64,000 nt of DNA, taken from positions 1-64,000 of the IMG/VR virus record IMGVR_UViG_3300005805_003857; one strand, written 5' to 3'. A program made the position numbers and the translations under genes. The notes beneath the pieces are model-generated. The model was given only the letters and a program-made list of their open reading frames with translations. It was not told the DNA's origin and searched no databases. Source of the stretch: a virus (taxonomy: Duplodnaviria > Caudoviricetes). Shown piece after piece: positions 17,343 through 26,611 of the stretch; the stretch's first letter is position 1; every line of letters starts with the position of its first letter.

Positions 17343-18635
17343 ATGAGCGAAGTACTGAATCCCACTAAAAAGCGTAAGCGTAGTAAGAAACTAGAAAATC
17401 TTATTGGACCTACAGACCCTAAGGTCGATCACCTAGCACGTGAACGTTTGGTAACAGCACGTATTGGTTTGTTGTTGCGTCATTCGTTTTTCGGTAATCT
17501 TGCTACACGGTTGACACTTATCAATGCAGACGAATGGTGTGCTACTGCGGCAACTGACGGTCAAAAGTTCTATTACAATAGCCGCTTCATTATGATGTTG
17601 AAGACTAAGGAAGTTGAATTCTTAGTAGCGCATGAGGTCCTTCACGTTGTCTATGACCACATGGGTCGTAGAGGTGATCGTGACCCGCAAATCTGGAACA
17701 TCGCCGATGACTATTGTGTTAATGCTGACTTGAAACGTCACAAGATTGGTCAATTCATTACCACTGTACCTTGCTTGTACGAACAAAAGTATGATGGTAA
17801 ATCGGCTGAGGAAGTATATGATGACTTGATGAAGAACGTTAAGAAAATCAGCATGGATGACTTGATTGACCAATTGCTTGACGATCACCTTGATAGTGAA
17901 GATGGAGATGGTGATGGTGACGGTGATGGTCAAGACGGTACTGGTAACAAAAAAGGTAAGGGTCGCCCACAACTTTCTGATGAAGAAAAAGAACGTATTC
18001 GTCAGGAAGTCAAGCAAGCAATTATCAATGCTTCAAGTACAGCAGAAGCCGGCTCATTGCCCGCAGGTGTTGAACGATTGATTCGTCAAGCTACTGACCC
18101 AGTCATGCCCTGGCGTGAACTGATTCAAACTAACTTGACAAGTTGTATTCGTACTGATTACTCTTGGATGCGCCCCTCACGTAGAGGCTGGCACATGGAT
18201 GCTATCATGCCCGGTATGACACCGGGAGAAGAAATCGATGTGGTCGTTGCTATTGACATGAGTGGTTCTATCTCTAACAAGCAAGCGCAAGCATTCTTAG
18301 GTGAAATTGGTGGCATGATGGATTCGTTTGATGGTTATAAGGTTCATGTGTTCTGTTTTGATACTGAGGTGTATAACCCGCAAGACTTCAATTCAGAGAA
18401 TATGGATGGTATCGATACATATGAGCCAGCAGGTGGAGGTGGTACTGACTTTGATGCTATCTTTGAATACTTGAAAAAAGTAGGCAATGTACCTAAGCGA
18501 TTGATTTGTTTCACTGACGGCTACCCCTGCGGTTCTTGGGGCGATCCAGACTATTGTGATACAACTTGGATCATTCACGGTGACCCGAATCCTAATCCCC
18601 CTTTCGGTACTTACGCAATCTATGATGAAAGATAA
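17343..18635 (+). CDS. Metallopeptidase-like + VWA domain protein (DUF2201-like), partner of the MoxR ATPase
   Basis: HEVLH (HExxH), acidic/Gly linker, MIDAS DMSGS, GGGGTDF. Confidence 0.85.
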   Translation: MSEVLNPTKKRKRSKKLENLIGPTDPKVDHLARERLVTARIGLLLRHSFFGNLATRLTLINADEWCATAATDGQKFYYNSRFIMMLKTKEVEFLVAHEVLHVVYDHMGRRGDRDPQIWNIADDYCVNADLKRHKIGQFITTVPCLYEQKYDGKSAEEVYDDLMKNVKKISMDDLIDQLLDDHLDSEDGDGDGDGDGQDGTGNKKGKGRPQLSDEEKERIRQEVKQAIINASSTAEAGSLPAGVERLIRQATDPVMPWRELIQTNLTSCIRTDYSWMRPSRRGWHMDAIMPGMTPGEEIDVVVAIDMSGSISNKQAQAFLGEIGGMMDSFDGYKVHVFCFDTEVYNPQDFNSENMDGIDTYEPAGGGGTDFDAIFEYLKKVGNVPKRLICFTDGYPCGSWGDPDYCDTTWIIHGDPNPNPPFGTYAIYDER

Positions 18636-18641
18636 TATAGT

Positions 18642-18755
18642 ATGTTTGAAGTACTTGGATATGTGGTTTTGGGTATTATCTCACTTGGTGTGATTGGCGT
18701 TTTTATTAAAGTCCTTGTACACGCCCTAGACACTATTACCAAGAATGATGATTAA
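18642..18755 (+). CDS. Small membrane protein (37 aa), not in ORF track
   Basis: MFEVLGYVVLGIISLGVIGVFIKVLVHALDTITKNDD; fills the intergenic gap. Confidence 0.55.
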   Translation: MFEVLGYVVLGIISLGVIGVFIKVLVHALDTITKNDD

Positions 18756-18990
18756 GTCAAGTGAAGAAATCGTAATATACGAAAGCCCAGATGGTGGTAA
18801 GACGGTCTACTCACGTAAGAGTGGATCGTCTGATAGAACAATGGTTAAAGAAGATACTTCCCAACATTACATTGCTAAATGGTATGAATGGAAAGAGATT
18901 CTTAAATTGGCAGAAACAGAACCTTCATTAGCAGACGCTATTAACAAAGCAGAGATGGTATATGCCCTCGTTAAGAAAGAACAAAACTAA
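18745..18990 (+). CDS. Hypothetical protein
   Basis: ORF in operon; IYESPDGGKTVY motif. Confidence 0.7.
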   Translation: MMIKSSEEIVIYESPDGGKTVYSRKSGSSDRTMVKEDTSQHYIAKWYEWKEILKLAETEPSLADAINKAEMVYALVKKEQN

Positions 18991-19336
18991 ACACTACTTG
19001 GCAATGTGGGACTCTAACGGTCTTGAATGCTTGTATGATGTTGATTTGCATATGAATAGGTATAATGAATGGGATAAGAAAAAGATTGTTTCTATCCTTA
19101 AAGAAGAAAAACTTCCTGAAAAACCCCCGCAAATTCCATTGCAACATATGATATTACGAGCAAGGGTGAATAGTCAACGATGCTATGAGATTTATGAATT
19201 CAATAGCACAATGGGATATAAAGAACTCACAGAAGTTTTTAATGATGACCCTCAACCGATTGTTGAATGGATTAGAGAAAACGGCAAAAAAGTTTACAGT
19301 GACTACGTTAAACAAAACAGAAAGATGATTGTATGA
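18962..19336 (+). CDS. Hypothetical protein
   Basis: Overlapping ORF in operon. Confidence 0.7.
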   Translation: MPSLRKNKTKHYLAMWDSNGLECLYDVDLHMNRYNEWDKKKIVSILKEEKLPEKPPQIPLQHMILRARVNSQRCYEIYEFNSTMGYKELTEVFNDDPQPIVEWIRENGKKVYSDYVKQNRKMIV

Positions 19337-19743
19337 TGCATATTGGAACAAGTTTAGGTAGATGTTTGCGTAGCATCCTATTAGGCGAAGTGTCCGAGGA
19401 TGATGTTTTATTGATTATTACCCGCACTATGACTCCTGATTTAGAAGGATTTATATTTATAGTAAAACAATACTACGATGAAGGTAATTATACATCACGT
19501 AATCCACAGGCTTATGACCTTTCAGTCAAACCTTGGGAAGAAGTAGAAGCACTAGCAACACGATTGTACACTAGTGGCAAGATTCACCAACCTAGAAACT
19601 TTGCGACTTTAGGTAGTCAGTTTATCCACCCTGACCTAAACAATGATCTTTGGGTAGATGTATCTCCCAAAAATCGTAACACTACTCCTATGGTTGTCGA
19701 GGCTTATGAAAAGTATAAGATGTTGGATGCACTAACTAAATGA
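19333..19743 (+). CDS. Hypothetical protein
   Basis: ATGA-coupled ORF. Confidence 0.7.
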   Translation: MMHIGTSLGRCLRSILLGEVSEDDVLLIITRTMTPDLEGFIFIVKQYYDEGNYTSRNPQAYDLSVKPWEEVEALATRLYTSGKIHQPRNFATLGSQFIHPDLNNDLWVDVSPKNRNTTPMVVEAYEKYKMLDALTK

Positions 19744-19988
19744 TTGATTATCATATTGATCCTATCGTGTGGTTTGCTGAACGACAACTTGATTATCCAC
19801 CAGTACATTTTGTTACAGTACATACACCATTAACAGAAGAATCAAGACAATGGGTATTGAACAAATTGCGTGGTCGATTTGCTGTTACAATAGACACAAC
19901 TGATTTTATGTTTAACTTAGAATCATTGGGATGCATCAGTTTTGAAGATCCCAAAGAAGCTACACTTTTTGAATTAAAATGGTCTTAA
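19740..19988 (+). CDS. Small protein of the W...F.D..A..F.L.W paralog family
   Basis: Ends FEDPKEATLFELKWS, like the genes at 48-49 kb. Confidence 0.65.
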   Translation: MIDYHIDPIVWFAERQLDYPPVHFVTVHTPLTEESRQWVLNKLRGRFAVTIDTTDFMFNLESLGCISFEDPKEATLFELKWS

Positions 19989-20071
19989 ATAGGGTATACT
20001 CGCTACAATAAAAAATATTTGATTGACTGATATCAGTTAAATATCTTTATCATATATGATAGGAGATTATT

Positions 20072-20734
20072 ATGTTTACACGACATGTAGGAAAACAAGG
20101 TGACCGCAAGGTTGCAGTAGTATTTCGAGAAGTTCCCGGAGAAGCTCATATGTGTTTGGTTGTTCATACTGAACTATTAAACCAACACATACACGATCCA
20201 TTGATTCAATGTATTGAAAGTGATATTGGGCAAAACAGCGAACACTTAGCAGATGCATTAAATCGTACCCACACAAAAGACGGTAGAATCATTCTTCAGG
20301 TGTTGCACGCCGAAGGACAATTAAAGAAAGTTCAAACAAGTCAAGTTTTAATGACACCTTCACCAAATCAATCTATTCGTTTAAATGAGTTGAATACAAT
20401 TTTAGATGAAATGAAACTAGGCGAGAGTGCAGTTAAGCGTTTACAAGAATTAGACAATAGCCGCGGTATACAAGACCCGGCTGACGTGGTTCGTAGAATG
20501 CGTGGCAATCAAAATCCAGTAGTACCAACAGGTGATTTGCTAGGTGATGCATCACTTGCAAAACAAAGACTTGAGCAAGCGCAAAAAATGGAACGTGAAG
20601 CAAAAGGCTTACTAGCAGAAGCACACCGATTAACTGAAGAGGCTAAGAGTCTTGACCCGTCAGTATTACCATCTGCCGCTATTGAAGCAAAACCAACTAA
20701 AGCAAGAAAAACAAGAGCAAAAGTTAGTGTCTAA
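20072..20734 (+). CDS. Hypothetical protein
   Basis: ORF with AGGAG SD. Confidence 0.75.
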   Translation: MFTRHVGKQGDRKVAVVFREVPGEAHMCLVVHTELLNQHIHDPLIQCIESDIGQNSEHLADALNRTHTKDGRIILQVLHAEGQLKKVQTSQVLMTPSPNQSIRLNELNTILDEMKLGESAVKRLQELDNSRGIQDPADVVRRMRGNQNPVVPTGDLLGDASLAKQRLEQAQKMEREAKGLLAEAHRLTEEAKSLDPSVLPSAAIEAKPTKARKTRAKVSV

Positions 20735-21036
20735 TGTCACCAGAATTTATTGAAAAATGGGAACACATTCTTGAAGATGTAGAAAAGAATAAGATACCTG
20801 TACAATTTATTAAGAAGTTAATTATTAAACTTCGGGGTAAAAAGCAACAGACTATCAATATCGCAAAATTCTTAGAACAAGGATTGGACCCAGATGAAAT
20901 TGAAAACGCCGTTAGTCGCAAACTAGATGAACTAGATGATATGATAGTGAGTGTAGAATTTGTTCTCAATGTTCAAAGTATTGCTGACACCGTACAGCCA
21001 ACGACAGATGATTTATTAAAAAACTTACTTAGTTGA
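20734..21036 (+). CDS. Hypothetical protein
   Basis: TAATG-coupled ORF. Confidence 0.7.
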   Translation: MSPEFIEKWEHILEDVEKNKIPVQFIKKLIIKLRGKKQQTINIAKFLEQGLDPDEIENAVSRKLDELDDMIVSVEFVLNVQSIADTVQPTTDDLLKNLLS

Positions 21037-21705
21037 ATGAATTTTCCAACCACACACTGTTTTTCGTTTACCATTCGCAACATTACATACATTACCGTGT
21101 GTCGTGTTGAATTTTATTCTGAATTCTTGTTTAGTTAATTGAATTAACTCACCCGTAGTAATATTCTCCCAAACATATTTGGTATGATTATAATTCTGGT
21201 GAGTTATTCCTTTTTTCTTTGGAATGTAGCCTAGTTTTCGTTGATAATTATTATCACCTGATAATTTCTCTACCGCTTCGGGTTTCTTGCTATTATTGTT
21301 AATCCCGGATAATTTCCAAATATATCCCGATTTCTTGGAATAATGATTTTCACCTGAAATCTTCTTTTTTATTTCAGGATCCTTCATTGGATTATTTCCA
21401 TGCAGGTCAACAAACCCACCGTCACCTTCTTCGGGTTTTAGGTTGGCCCATATTTTATTTCCTAGATTATCTACAGCATTGACTATATCCCATAAGTCAC
21501 TGTAGTATTTCCCCCAATGTTTAATTTCTTGATTGGATTGACATTCTTTTAATATCTCCGTTTCATGCGCTTTTCCATGCACCACCAAATGCCTTTTCCA
21601 ATATACTCCTGATCCGGGATAAATCAACGGGTTTCTTTTTGTCTTACCTAAGTATTTTAGGCCAGTTATTCTATGCGTCTTAACATAGAGGTAATAAATA
21701 GTTAT
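21025..21705 (-). CDS. GIY-YIG (Seg-like) homing endonuclease with ATA at the expected start
   Basis: Reading upstream of the ORF-track TTG gives (I)TIYYLYVKTHRITGLKYLGKT...YPGSGVYW, a complete GIY-YIG N-terminus; ATA at 21705-21703 sits where leader copy 1 has its ATG. Confidence 0.8.
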   Translation of the reverse strand: MTIYYLYVKTHRITGLKYLGKTKRNPLIYPGSGVYWKRHLVVHGKAHETEILKECQSNQEIKHWGKYYSDLWDIVNAVDNLGNKIWANLKPEEGDGGFVDLHGNNPMKDPEIKKKISGENHYSKKSGYIWKLSGINNNSKKPEAVEKLSGDNNYQRKLGYIPKKKGITHQNYNHTKYVWENITTGELIQLTKQEFRIKFNTTHGNVCNVANGKRKTVCGWKIHSTK

Positions 21706-21770
21706 GCTGATTGCTCCTTGCTAGCATTAGGGTAGTTGGGCCTGCCAGCCGCGAGGTACACTTTTATTTA
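21703..21770 (-). ncRNA. Conserved structured endonuclease leader, copy 3
   Basis: Reverse complement: TAAATA-aaa-GTGTAccT-CGC-GGCtggcagGCC-C-AACTAC-cCTAATGCT-ag-CAAGGAGCAATCAGC-ATA. Confidence 0.8.
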
Positions 21771-21781
21771 GTCCGTTTTAT

Positions 21782-21810
21782 TTGACTTACAAAACAACAT
21801 CTGATACAAT
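21782..21810 (+). promoter_or_regulatory. Sigma70-type promoter of thyA (leaderless geometry)
   Basis: TTGACT-17-TACAAT, ATG 6 nt downstream, no SD. Confidence 0.75.
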
Positions 21811-21816
21811 TATTAC

Positions 21817-22716
21817 ATGGAACAATATCACAATTTACTACAAGACATATTAGACAACGGAGAAGAAAAGGGAGATAGGACAGGAGTCGGCACATTATCT
21901 GTTTTTGCTAGACAACTTAGATTTGACTTGAGAAGAGGGTTTCCGGCAGTAACTACCAAAAAGTTGGCTTGGAGAGCAGTAGTAGGGGAGTTGTTGTGGT
22001 TTTTAGAAGGGTCATCCTCTGAGAGGCGTCTAGCAGAACTCACCCATGGTACTACCGAAGGCAAGGTTACTATCTGGACACCGAATGCGCTTGCGCCGTA
22101 TTGGAAACCAAAAGCGAAATTCGAAGGTGACTTGGGCAGGGTCTACGGCGTACAATGGCGTCACTGGAACAAAGACACGGTTGAAAAAGACATGGGTCCG
22201 GCGCATAAAGGTGGCACACGCCTCGCAGTTGACCGCACAGAAGTAGACCAACTCTCAAACTTACTTGAGGGTTTGATTAAAGATCCCAATGGTCGTAGAC
22301 ATATTATGAGTGCATGGAACGTCGGTGAACTCGATCAAATGGCACTACCTCCTTGTCATGTTATGAGTCAATTCTATGTCAATAAAAATAAAGAACTATC
22401 TTGTCATATGTACCAGCGTAGCGTGGATGTGTTTCTTGGTTTACCTTTTAACATTAGTAGCTATGCGTTACTCACACATTTGATTGCACATCACTGTGGA
22501 TTGAAAGTTGGTGAATTGATTATTTCTACGGGTGATACTCACATCTACAAAGATCATATTGAACAAGTAAAAGAACAATTGTCACGTACCGAATACCCAG
22601 CACCAACACTGATGTTGAACTCACAAAAGAACAACATCTTTGAAATGACAATGCAAGACATTCACTTAGAAAACTATGAGAGTCATGGACAAATCAAAGC
22701 GAATATGGCCGTCTGA
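21817..22716 (+). CDS. thyA: Thymidylate synthase
   Basis: DRTGVGT, GRVYGVQW, ALPPCH, YQRSVDVFLGLPFN (dUMP-specific Asn), GDTHIY. Confidence 0.97.
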   Translation: MEQYHNLLQDILDNGEEKGDRTGVGTLSVFARQLRFDLRRGFPAVTTKKLAWRAVVGELLWFLEGSSSERRLAELTHGTTEGKVTIWTPNALAPYWKPKAKFEGDLGRVYGVQWRHWNKDTVEKDMGPAHKGGTRLAVDRTEVDQLSNLLEGLIKDPNGRRHIMSAWNVGELDQMALPPCHVMSQFYVNKNKELSCHMYQRSVDVFLGLPFNISSYALLTHLIAHHCGLKVGELIISTGDTHIYKDHIEQVKEQLSRTEYPAPTLMLNSQKNNIFEMTMQDIHLENYESHGQIKANMAV

Positions 22717-22972
22717 TAAAGGGGATATTGTAACAATAGAACACATCGTTCATGAATTTAGACTGAGCGATGTCGATGATCCTGATATCTATGCTAGTCA
22801 GCCTATTTACGAGTGGCAACAGACAGATGCAGGTAAGTGGGTGATGGAAAATGCTATACAGAAACCTAGTTGGCATCGTGGATTTGATATGCTGACATAT
22901 GGTTATAAATACCAAATCAGAGCAGACTTAACACCCGAACAATTAACATTTTGGAAGTTAAAATATGAATGA
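22676..22972 (+). CDS. Hypothetical protein (start uncertain)
   Basis: ORF; ends LTFWKLKYE, loosely like the small paralog family. Confidence 0.65.
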   Translation: MRVMDKSKRIWPSDKGDIVTIEHIVHEFRLSDVDDPDIYASQPIYEWQQTDAGKWVMENAIQKPSWHRGFDMLTYGYKYQIRADLTPEQLTFWKLKYE

Positions 22973-23552
22973 GCTTGTGTATACCAGAGATGATTTTACT
23001 AATAATATATCAAACTGGGAAATGATATTGGTTTATTTAAATGATACTTTTGGAAAAAACTTAAACTGTCTAGAAGTAGGTTCATATGAAGGAAGATCAG
23101 CATCATACTTATTAGACAAGTTTGTAGGTGATGGGAATTTAATTGCTATTGATCAATTTATTAATCCGTTCGTTAAAGATAGATATTTTAAAAATATGTC
23201 TATTCACCCAAAATATAATCAGTTAAAAACATTAGTTGGTCTGTCATTTATTGAAATGTCTAAATTGTATGAACAACAATTACAGTTTGACTTTGTATAC
23301 ATTGATGCCGGAAAAACTGCAGGAGATAACATAGTAAATCTTATTCTTGCTGAAAGGTTACTTAAAGTGGGAGGTATAATAGTAGTTGATGATTATAACT
23401 GGGATAAGTTTGCAGATCCTAGATGTTGTCCTAAATTAGGGGTCGATTCATTCGTGAATATCACTTTGCTCAGTGAAGTTTTTATGAGAGGATACCAAAT
23501 GGCATTTAAAAAAATAAAAGACAATAATACACTATTCATACATAACAGGTAA
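22965..23552 (+). CDS. Class I SAM-dependent methyltransferase (Methyltransf_24-like)
   Basis: LEVGSYEGRS, FDFVYIDAG, LKVGGIIVVDDY. Confidence 0.85.
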   Translation: MNELVYTRDDFTNNISNWEMILVYLNDTFGKNLNCLEVGSYEGRSASYLLDKFVGDGNLIAIDQFINPFVKDRYFKNMSIHPKYNQLKTLVGLSFIEMSKLYEQQLQFDFVYIDAGKTAGDNIVNLILAERLLKVGGIIVVDDYNWDKFADPRCCPKLGVDSFVNITLLSEVFMRGYQMAFKKIKDNNTLFIHNR

Positions 23553-23556
23553 AATT

Positions 23557-24525
23557 ATGACACGCATTTTGGTCACGGGAGGTCTAGGACTTATAGGACA
23601 CACCGTAGTAAACAAACTACAACAACAAGGTCACAGTGTTGCTATTACCGATATACGAACTAATTACGGTATCATCCCGCAAGATGAGATAGACTATCTA
23701 ATAACAGAACGGTTGAAGAAAATTCAACCCGGTAGTATCCATGCTATTGATATTTCTAGTGAAAGTATTGATTGGTTATTTGGTCGATACAACTTTGATA
23801 TCGTAATTCATATGGCTAGCTTCCCAAGACAAAAAGTAGTCAATGCTAATCCTGCATGGGGGAGTCGTGTTATGAGCGAAGGGTTGCTCAACTTGTTGGA
23901 AGCAAGCAAAAAATATGATGTTCGCAAGTTCGTGTATATCAGTAGTTCAATGGTGTATGGCGACTTCACTGACGATGTTACAGAAGATGCAGTATGTAAC
24001 CCTCAAGGTCAATATGGCATTATGAAATTAGCAGGAGAATGGCTTGTTAGAGATTATAGCAGGCGTAATGGGCTTGTTGGAACAATTATTAGACCTAGTG
24101 CTGTATATGGTCCACTTGATGTTGAGGATCGTGTCATCGCTAAGTTCATGCTTACGGCGATGCGTGGTGGCACTCTCAATGTTAATGGTGCAAATGAAAC
24201 ATTAGACTTTACATATGTTGAAGATGCCGCAGATGGTATCGTTGGTGCCGCATTAAGTGATAATACCGCAAACAAGACTTACAATATTACCAAATCACAT
24301 AGTAGGACATTACTTGATGCAGCCAATCTTGCAGTTAACTTAGCAGGTAAAGGTACTATCAATGTACGAGATAAAGACGCAGACTTCCCAAGTCGAGGTG
24401 CATTAAACATTGATGCTGCCCGTAGAGACTTTGGATACGATCCTAAGGTAGATGTTGAAGAAGGCTTTGAGAAATATTATGAGTGGCTTAGTACATCTAG
24501 TTACTGGCAGGATAAAATAAAATGA
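23557..24525 (+). CDS. NAD-dependent nucleotide-sugar epimerase/dehydratase
   Basis: ILVTGGLGLIG, YISSSMVYG, YGIMK (YxxxK), DFTYVED. Confidence 0.92.
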   Translation: MTRILVTGGLGLIGHTVVNKLQQQGHSVAITDIRTNYGIIPQDEIDYLITERLKKIQPGSIHAIDISSESIDWLFGRYNFDIVIHMASFPRQKVVNANPAWGSRVMSEGLLNLLEASKKYDVRKFVYISSSMVYGDFTDDVTEDAVCNPQGQYGIMKLAGEWLVRDYSRRNGLVGTIIRPSAVYGPLDVEDRVIAKFMLTAMRGGTLNVNGANETLDFTYVEDAADGIVGAALSDNTANKTYNITKSHSRTLLDAANLAVNLAGKGTINVRDKDADFPSRGALNIDAARRDFGYDPKVDVEEGFEKYYEWLSTSSYWQDKIK

Positions 24526-24731
24526 ATGAACTAGCAACTGCATTAAAAACACATGACTGGACTCTAGATGGATATAAATCTAGAGTAATAGTAGATAAGT
24601 TGATGAAAGAAAATCCTGAACAATCAACAGTGTTATGGGAACAATATTGCCCGTGGTCAGTTACTAACGGCGGCTATATAGAATGGGCAAAAAATGAAAA
24701 TCACTCACTTCGGTCTAGCAAGGCAATATAA
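24522..24731 (+). CDS. Hypothetical protein
   Basis: ATGA-coupled small ORF. Confidence 0.6.
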   Translation: MNELATALKTHDWTLDGYKSRVIVDKLMKENPEQSTVLWEQYCPWSVTNGGYIEWAKNENHSLRSSKAI

Positions 24732-25755
24732 GAATATCGGGGAAGAGTTGCTAGATGCAACTCACCGTGCTTTAAAAGACGGACAACTTGTAGGTGGACA
24801 TTACACTCGTTCGTTTGAAGAATGGTTAAAACACCGCACTAAAACAAAGTATGCTGTCACAGTTCATAGTGGTACACAAGCATTAGAGATTATTGCAAGA
24901 TATAAGAAAAAGAAACACTTAGAGACATTTAAAAATACTCCCAAAATTCTAATCCCCAATCTAACTTATCCGGCAACATTGAATTCAATATTAAGTGCAG
25001 GGTGGGATGTTGAATTAGTTGACACTGATAAGAATGGTATAATGAATCATGAACCTAGAGTAGGCGGCATATATGACTGTGTGATGGGCTTTGCTGGTCG
25101 TAGACCCTGGCCTGATGTAAGATATGAAGACCGTCACGGTGTAATAGTTGACGGTGCCCAACATTGGTTAGAGGCTGGTGGCAATGTTGGTAGTGGTATG
25201 TCAATTAGCTTTGACCCTACAAAGAATCTACCTAGTTCAGGTAACGGTGGTGCTATTGTTACGAATGACGAACAACTATACTTGTTTGCCGCAACATATA
25301 GAGATAACAATAAACCGGCGTTTCATGATGTAGGAACTAACAGTAAGATGAGTGAACAAGATTGTGCTCAGATATTAGTTAGAGCAAAGTATATAGATGA
25401 GTGGCAAAAACGTAGAAGTGAAATAGCAAAGTATTGGTGTGATGAGTTCAGAGACTTACCATTGACTTGCTTATCTGATACAACGGATCCTCACGCACAT
25501 CAAAAGTTTGTAATGTACTTACCTGATCGCAATAGCTTACATACTCATTTACTAACTGATGGCATTGATAGTAAAGTTCATTATAATTATGTATTGGGGG
25601 ACCTGCCCACAGCAAAAAATTTATCAAAGCCAGATTTACTAAGTACTAGCGTAATGTTAAGTAGGGGAGTATTAAGCTTACCAATGTATCCGGAACTAAC
25701 TGATGAAGAAGTGGACTATATTTCGGATAAAGTAAAATTATTTTTTGATAAATAA
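24694..25755 (+). CDS. DegT/DnrJ/EryC1/StrS PLP-dependent aminotransferase
   Basis: SGTQAL, VDGAQ, SFDPTKNL (PLP lysine), GNGGA, LPMYP. Confidence 0.92.
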   Translation: MKITHFGLARQYKNIGEELLDATHRALKDGQLVGGHYTRSFEEWLKHRTKTKYAVTVHSGTQALEIIARYKKKKHLETFKNTPKILIPNLTYPATLNSILSAGWDVELVDTDKNGIMNHEPRVGGIYDCVMGFAGRRPWPDVRYEDRHGVIVDGAQHWLEAGGNVGSGMSISFDPTKNLPSSGNGGAIVTNDEQLYLFAATYRDNNKPAFHDVGTNSKMSEQDCAQILVRAKYIDEWQKRRSEIAKYWCDEFRDLPLTCLSDTTDPHAHQKFVMYLPDRNSLHTHLLTDGIDSKVHYNYVLGDLPTAKNLSKPDLLSTSVMLSRGVLSLPMYPELTDEEVDYISDKVKLFFDK

Positions 25756-25759
25756 CTTT

Positions 25760-26263
25760 ATGTGGATACTATCAATATTACCAGAAGCTGCAATACATAT
25801 AATCTTTGGATTAGGTATTTTGGGCACAATCGCAGGATTCGTCCTAGGATTCATTCCTTTTGTTAAAACCTATAAACTAGCAATACAAATAATTAGCTTA
25901 CTTGTATTAGTTTTTGGTGTATATCTAGAGGGAGGTCTAGCTGACTATAAAGAGTGGGAACTCAGAGTCAAAGAGATGGAAGCTAAAGTTGCAAAAGCTG
26001 AAGCTGAATCTGCAAACAAGAATGTAGAAATACAGGACAAGATTGTAGAAAAGACTAAAGTTGTCCGTGAAAAAGGTCGTGACATTATCAAGTATGTTGA
26101 TAAATGGAATACAAAAGAAATAATTAAAGAAGTAGAAGGTCCTGAGAGAATTAGGAGAGAAGAAGTTATCAAGTACATTGAAAACTGCCCTGTACCTAAA
26201 GAATTCATAGATTTACACAATCAGGCCGCTGAGTTAAATAAGGCTGCGGAGGCAAAGAAATGA
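25760..26263 (+). CDS. Putative i-spanin (Rz-like)
   Basis: N-terminal transmembrane segments, coiled coil, C-terminal Cys region; overlaps a lipoprotein gene. Confidence 0.65.
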   Translation: MWILSILPEAAIHIIFGLGILGTIAGFVLGFIPFVKTYKLAIQIISLLVLVFGVYLEGGLADYKEWELRVKEMEAKVAKAEAESANKNVEIQDKIVEKTKVVREKGRDIIKYVDKWNTKEIIKEVEGPERIRREEVIKYIENCPVPKEFIDLHNQAAELNKAAEAKK

Positions 26264-26526
26264 AATATCTATTAATTTCATTGTTGTTTATTGCAGGTTG
26301 TTCTACTACAGTTCCTGTCACTCAAAAGTTTCCTAATGCTACTTCTGAACTTATGAAGAAGTGTGAAGACCTCAAGAAAATTGAGGGTAACACCGTGGCA
26401 ATTACTGAGATGTTAAAAGTAATTGTTCATAACTATACATTGTATTGGGAATGCAGTGCTAAAGTAGATGGATGGCAAGACTGGTATAATGCACAAAAGA
26501 AAATTTACGATAGTATCGCAAAATAG
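26260..26526 (+). CDS. Putative o-spanin (Rz1-like lipoprotein)
   Basis: Lipobox IAGC; PVTQKFPNA...C...C. Confidence 0.65.
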   Translation: MKYLLISLLFIAGCSTTVPVTQKFPNATSELMKKCEDLKKIEGNTVAITEMLKVIVHNYTLYWECSAKVDGWQDWYNAQKKIYDSIAK

Positions 26527-26611
26527 TAGCATATTATTAGTATTGTGTGCTATCATATAGCAACCTAACAGTTGGCTTGATAATAGATAAATACTGTATC
26601 TAGGGATTTTT

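Noticed and set aside
20023-20061. Palindromes TTGACTGATATCAGTTAA and TATCATATATGATA upstream of gene 20072
   Set aside because: AT-rich, no second copy in the window and no clean -35/-10 pair; insufficient support
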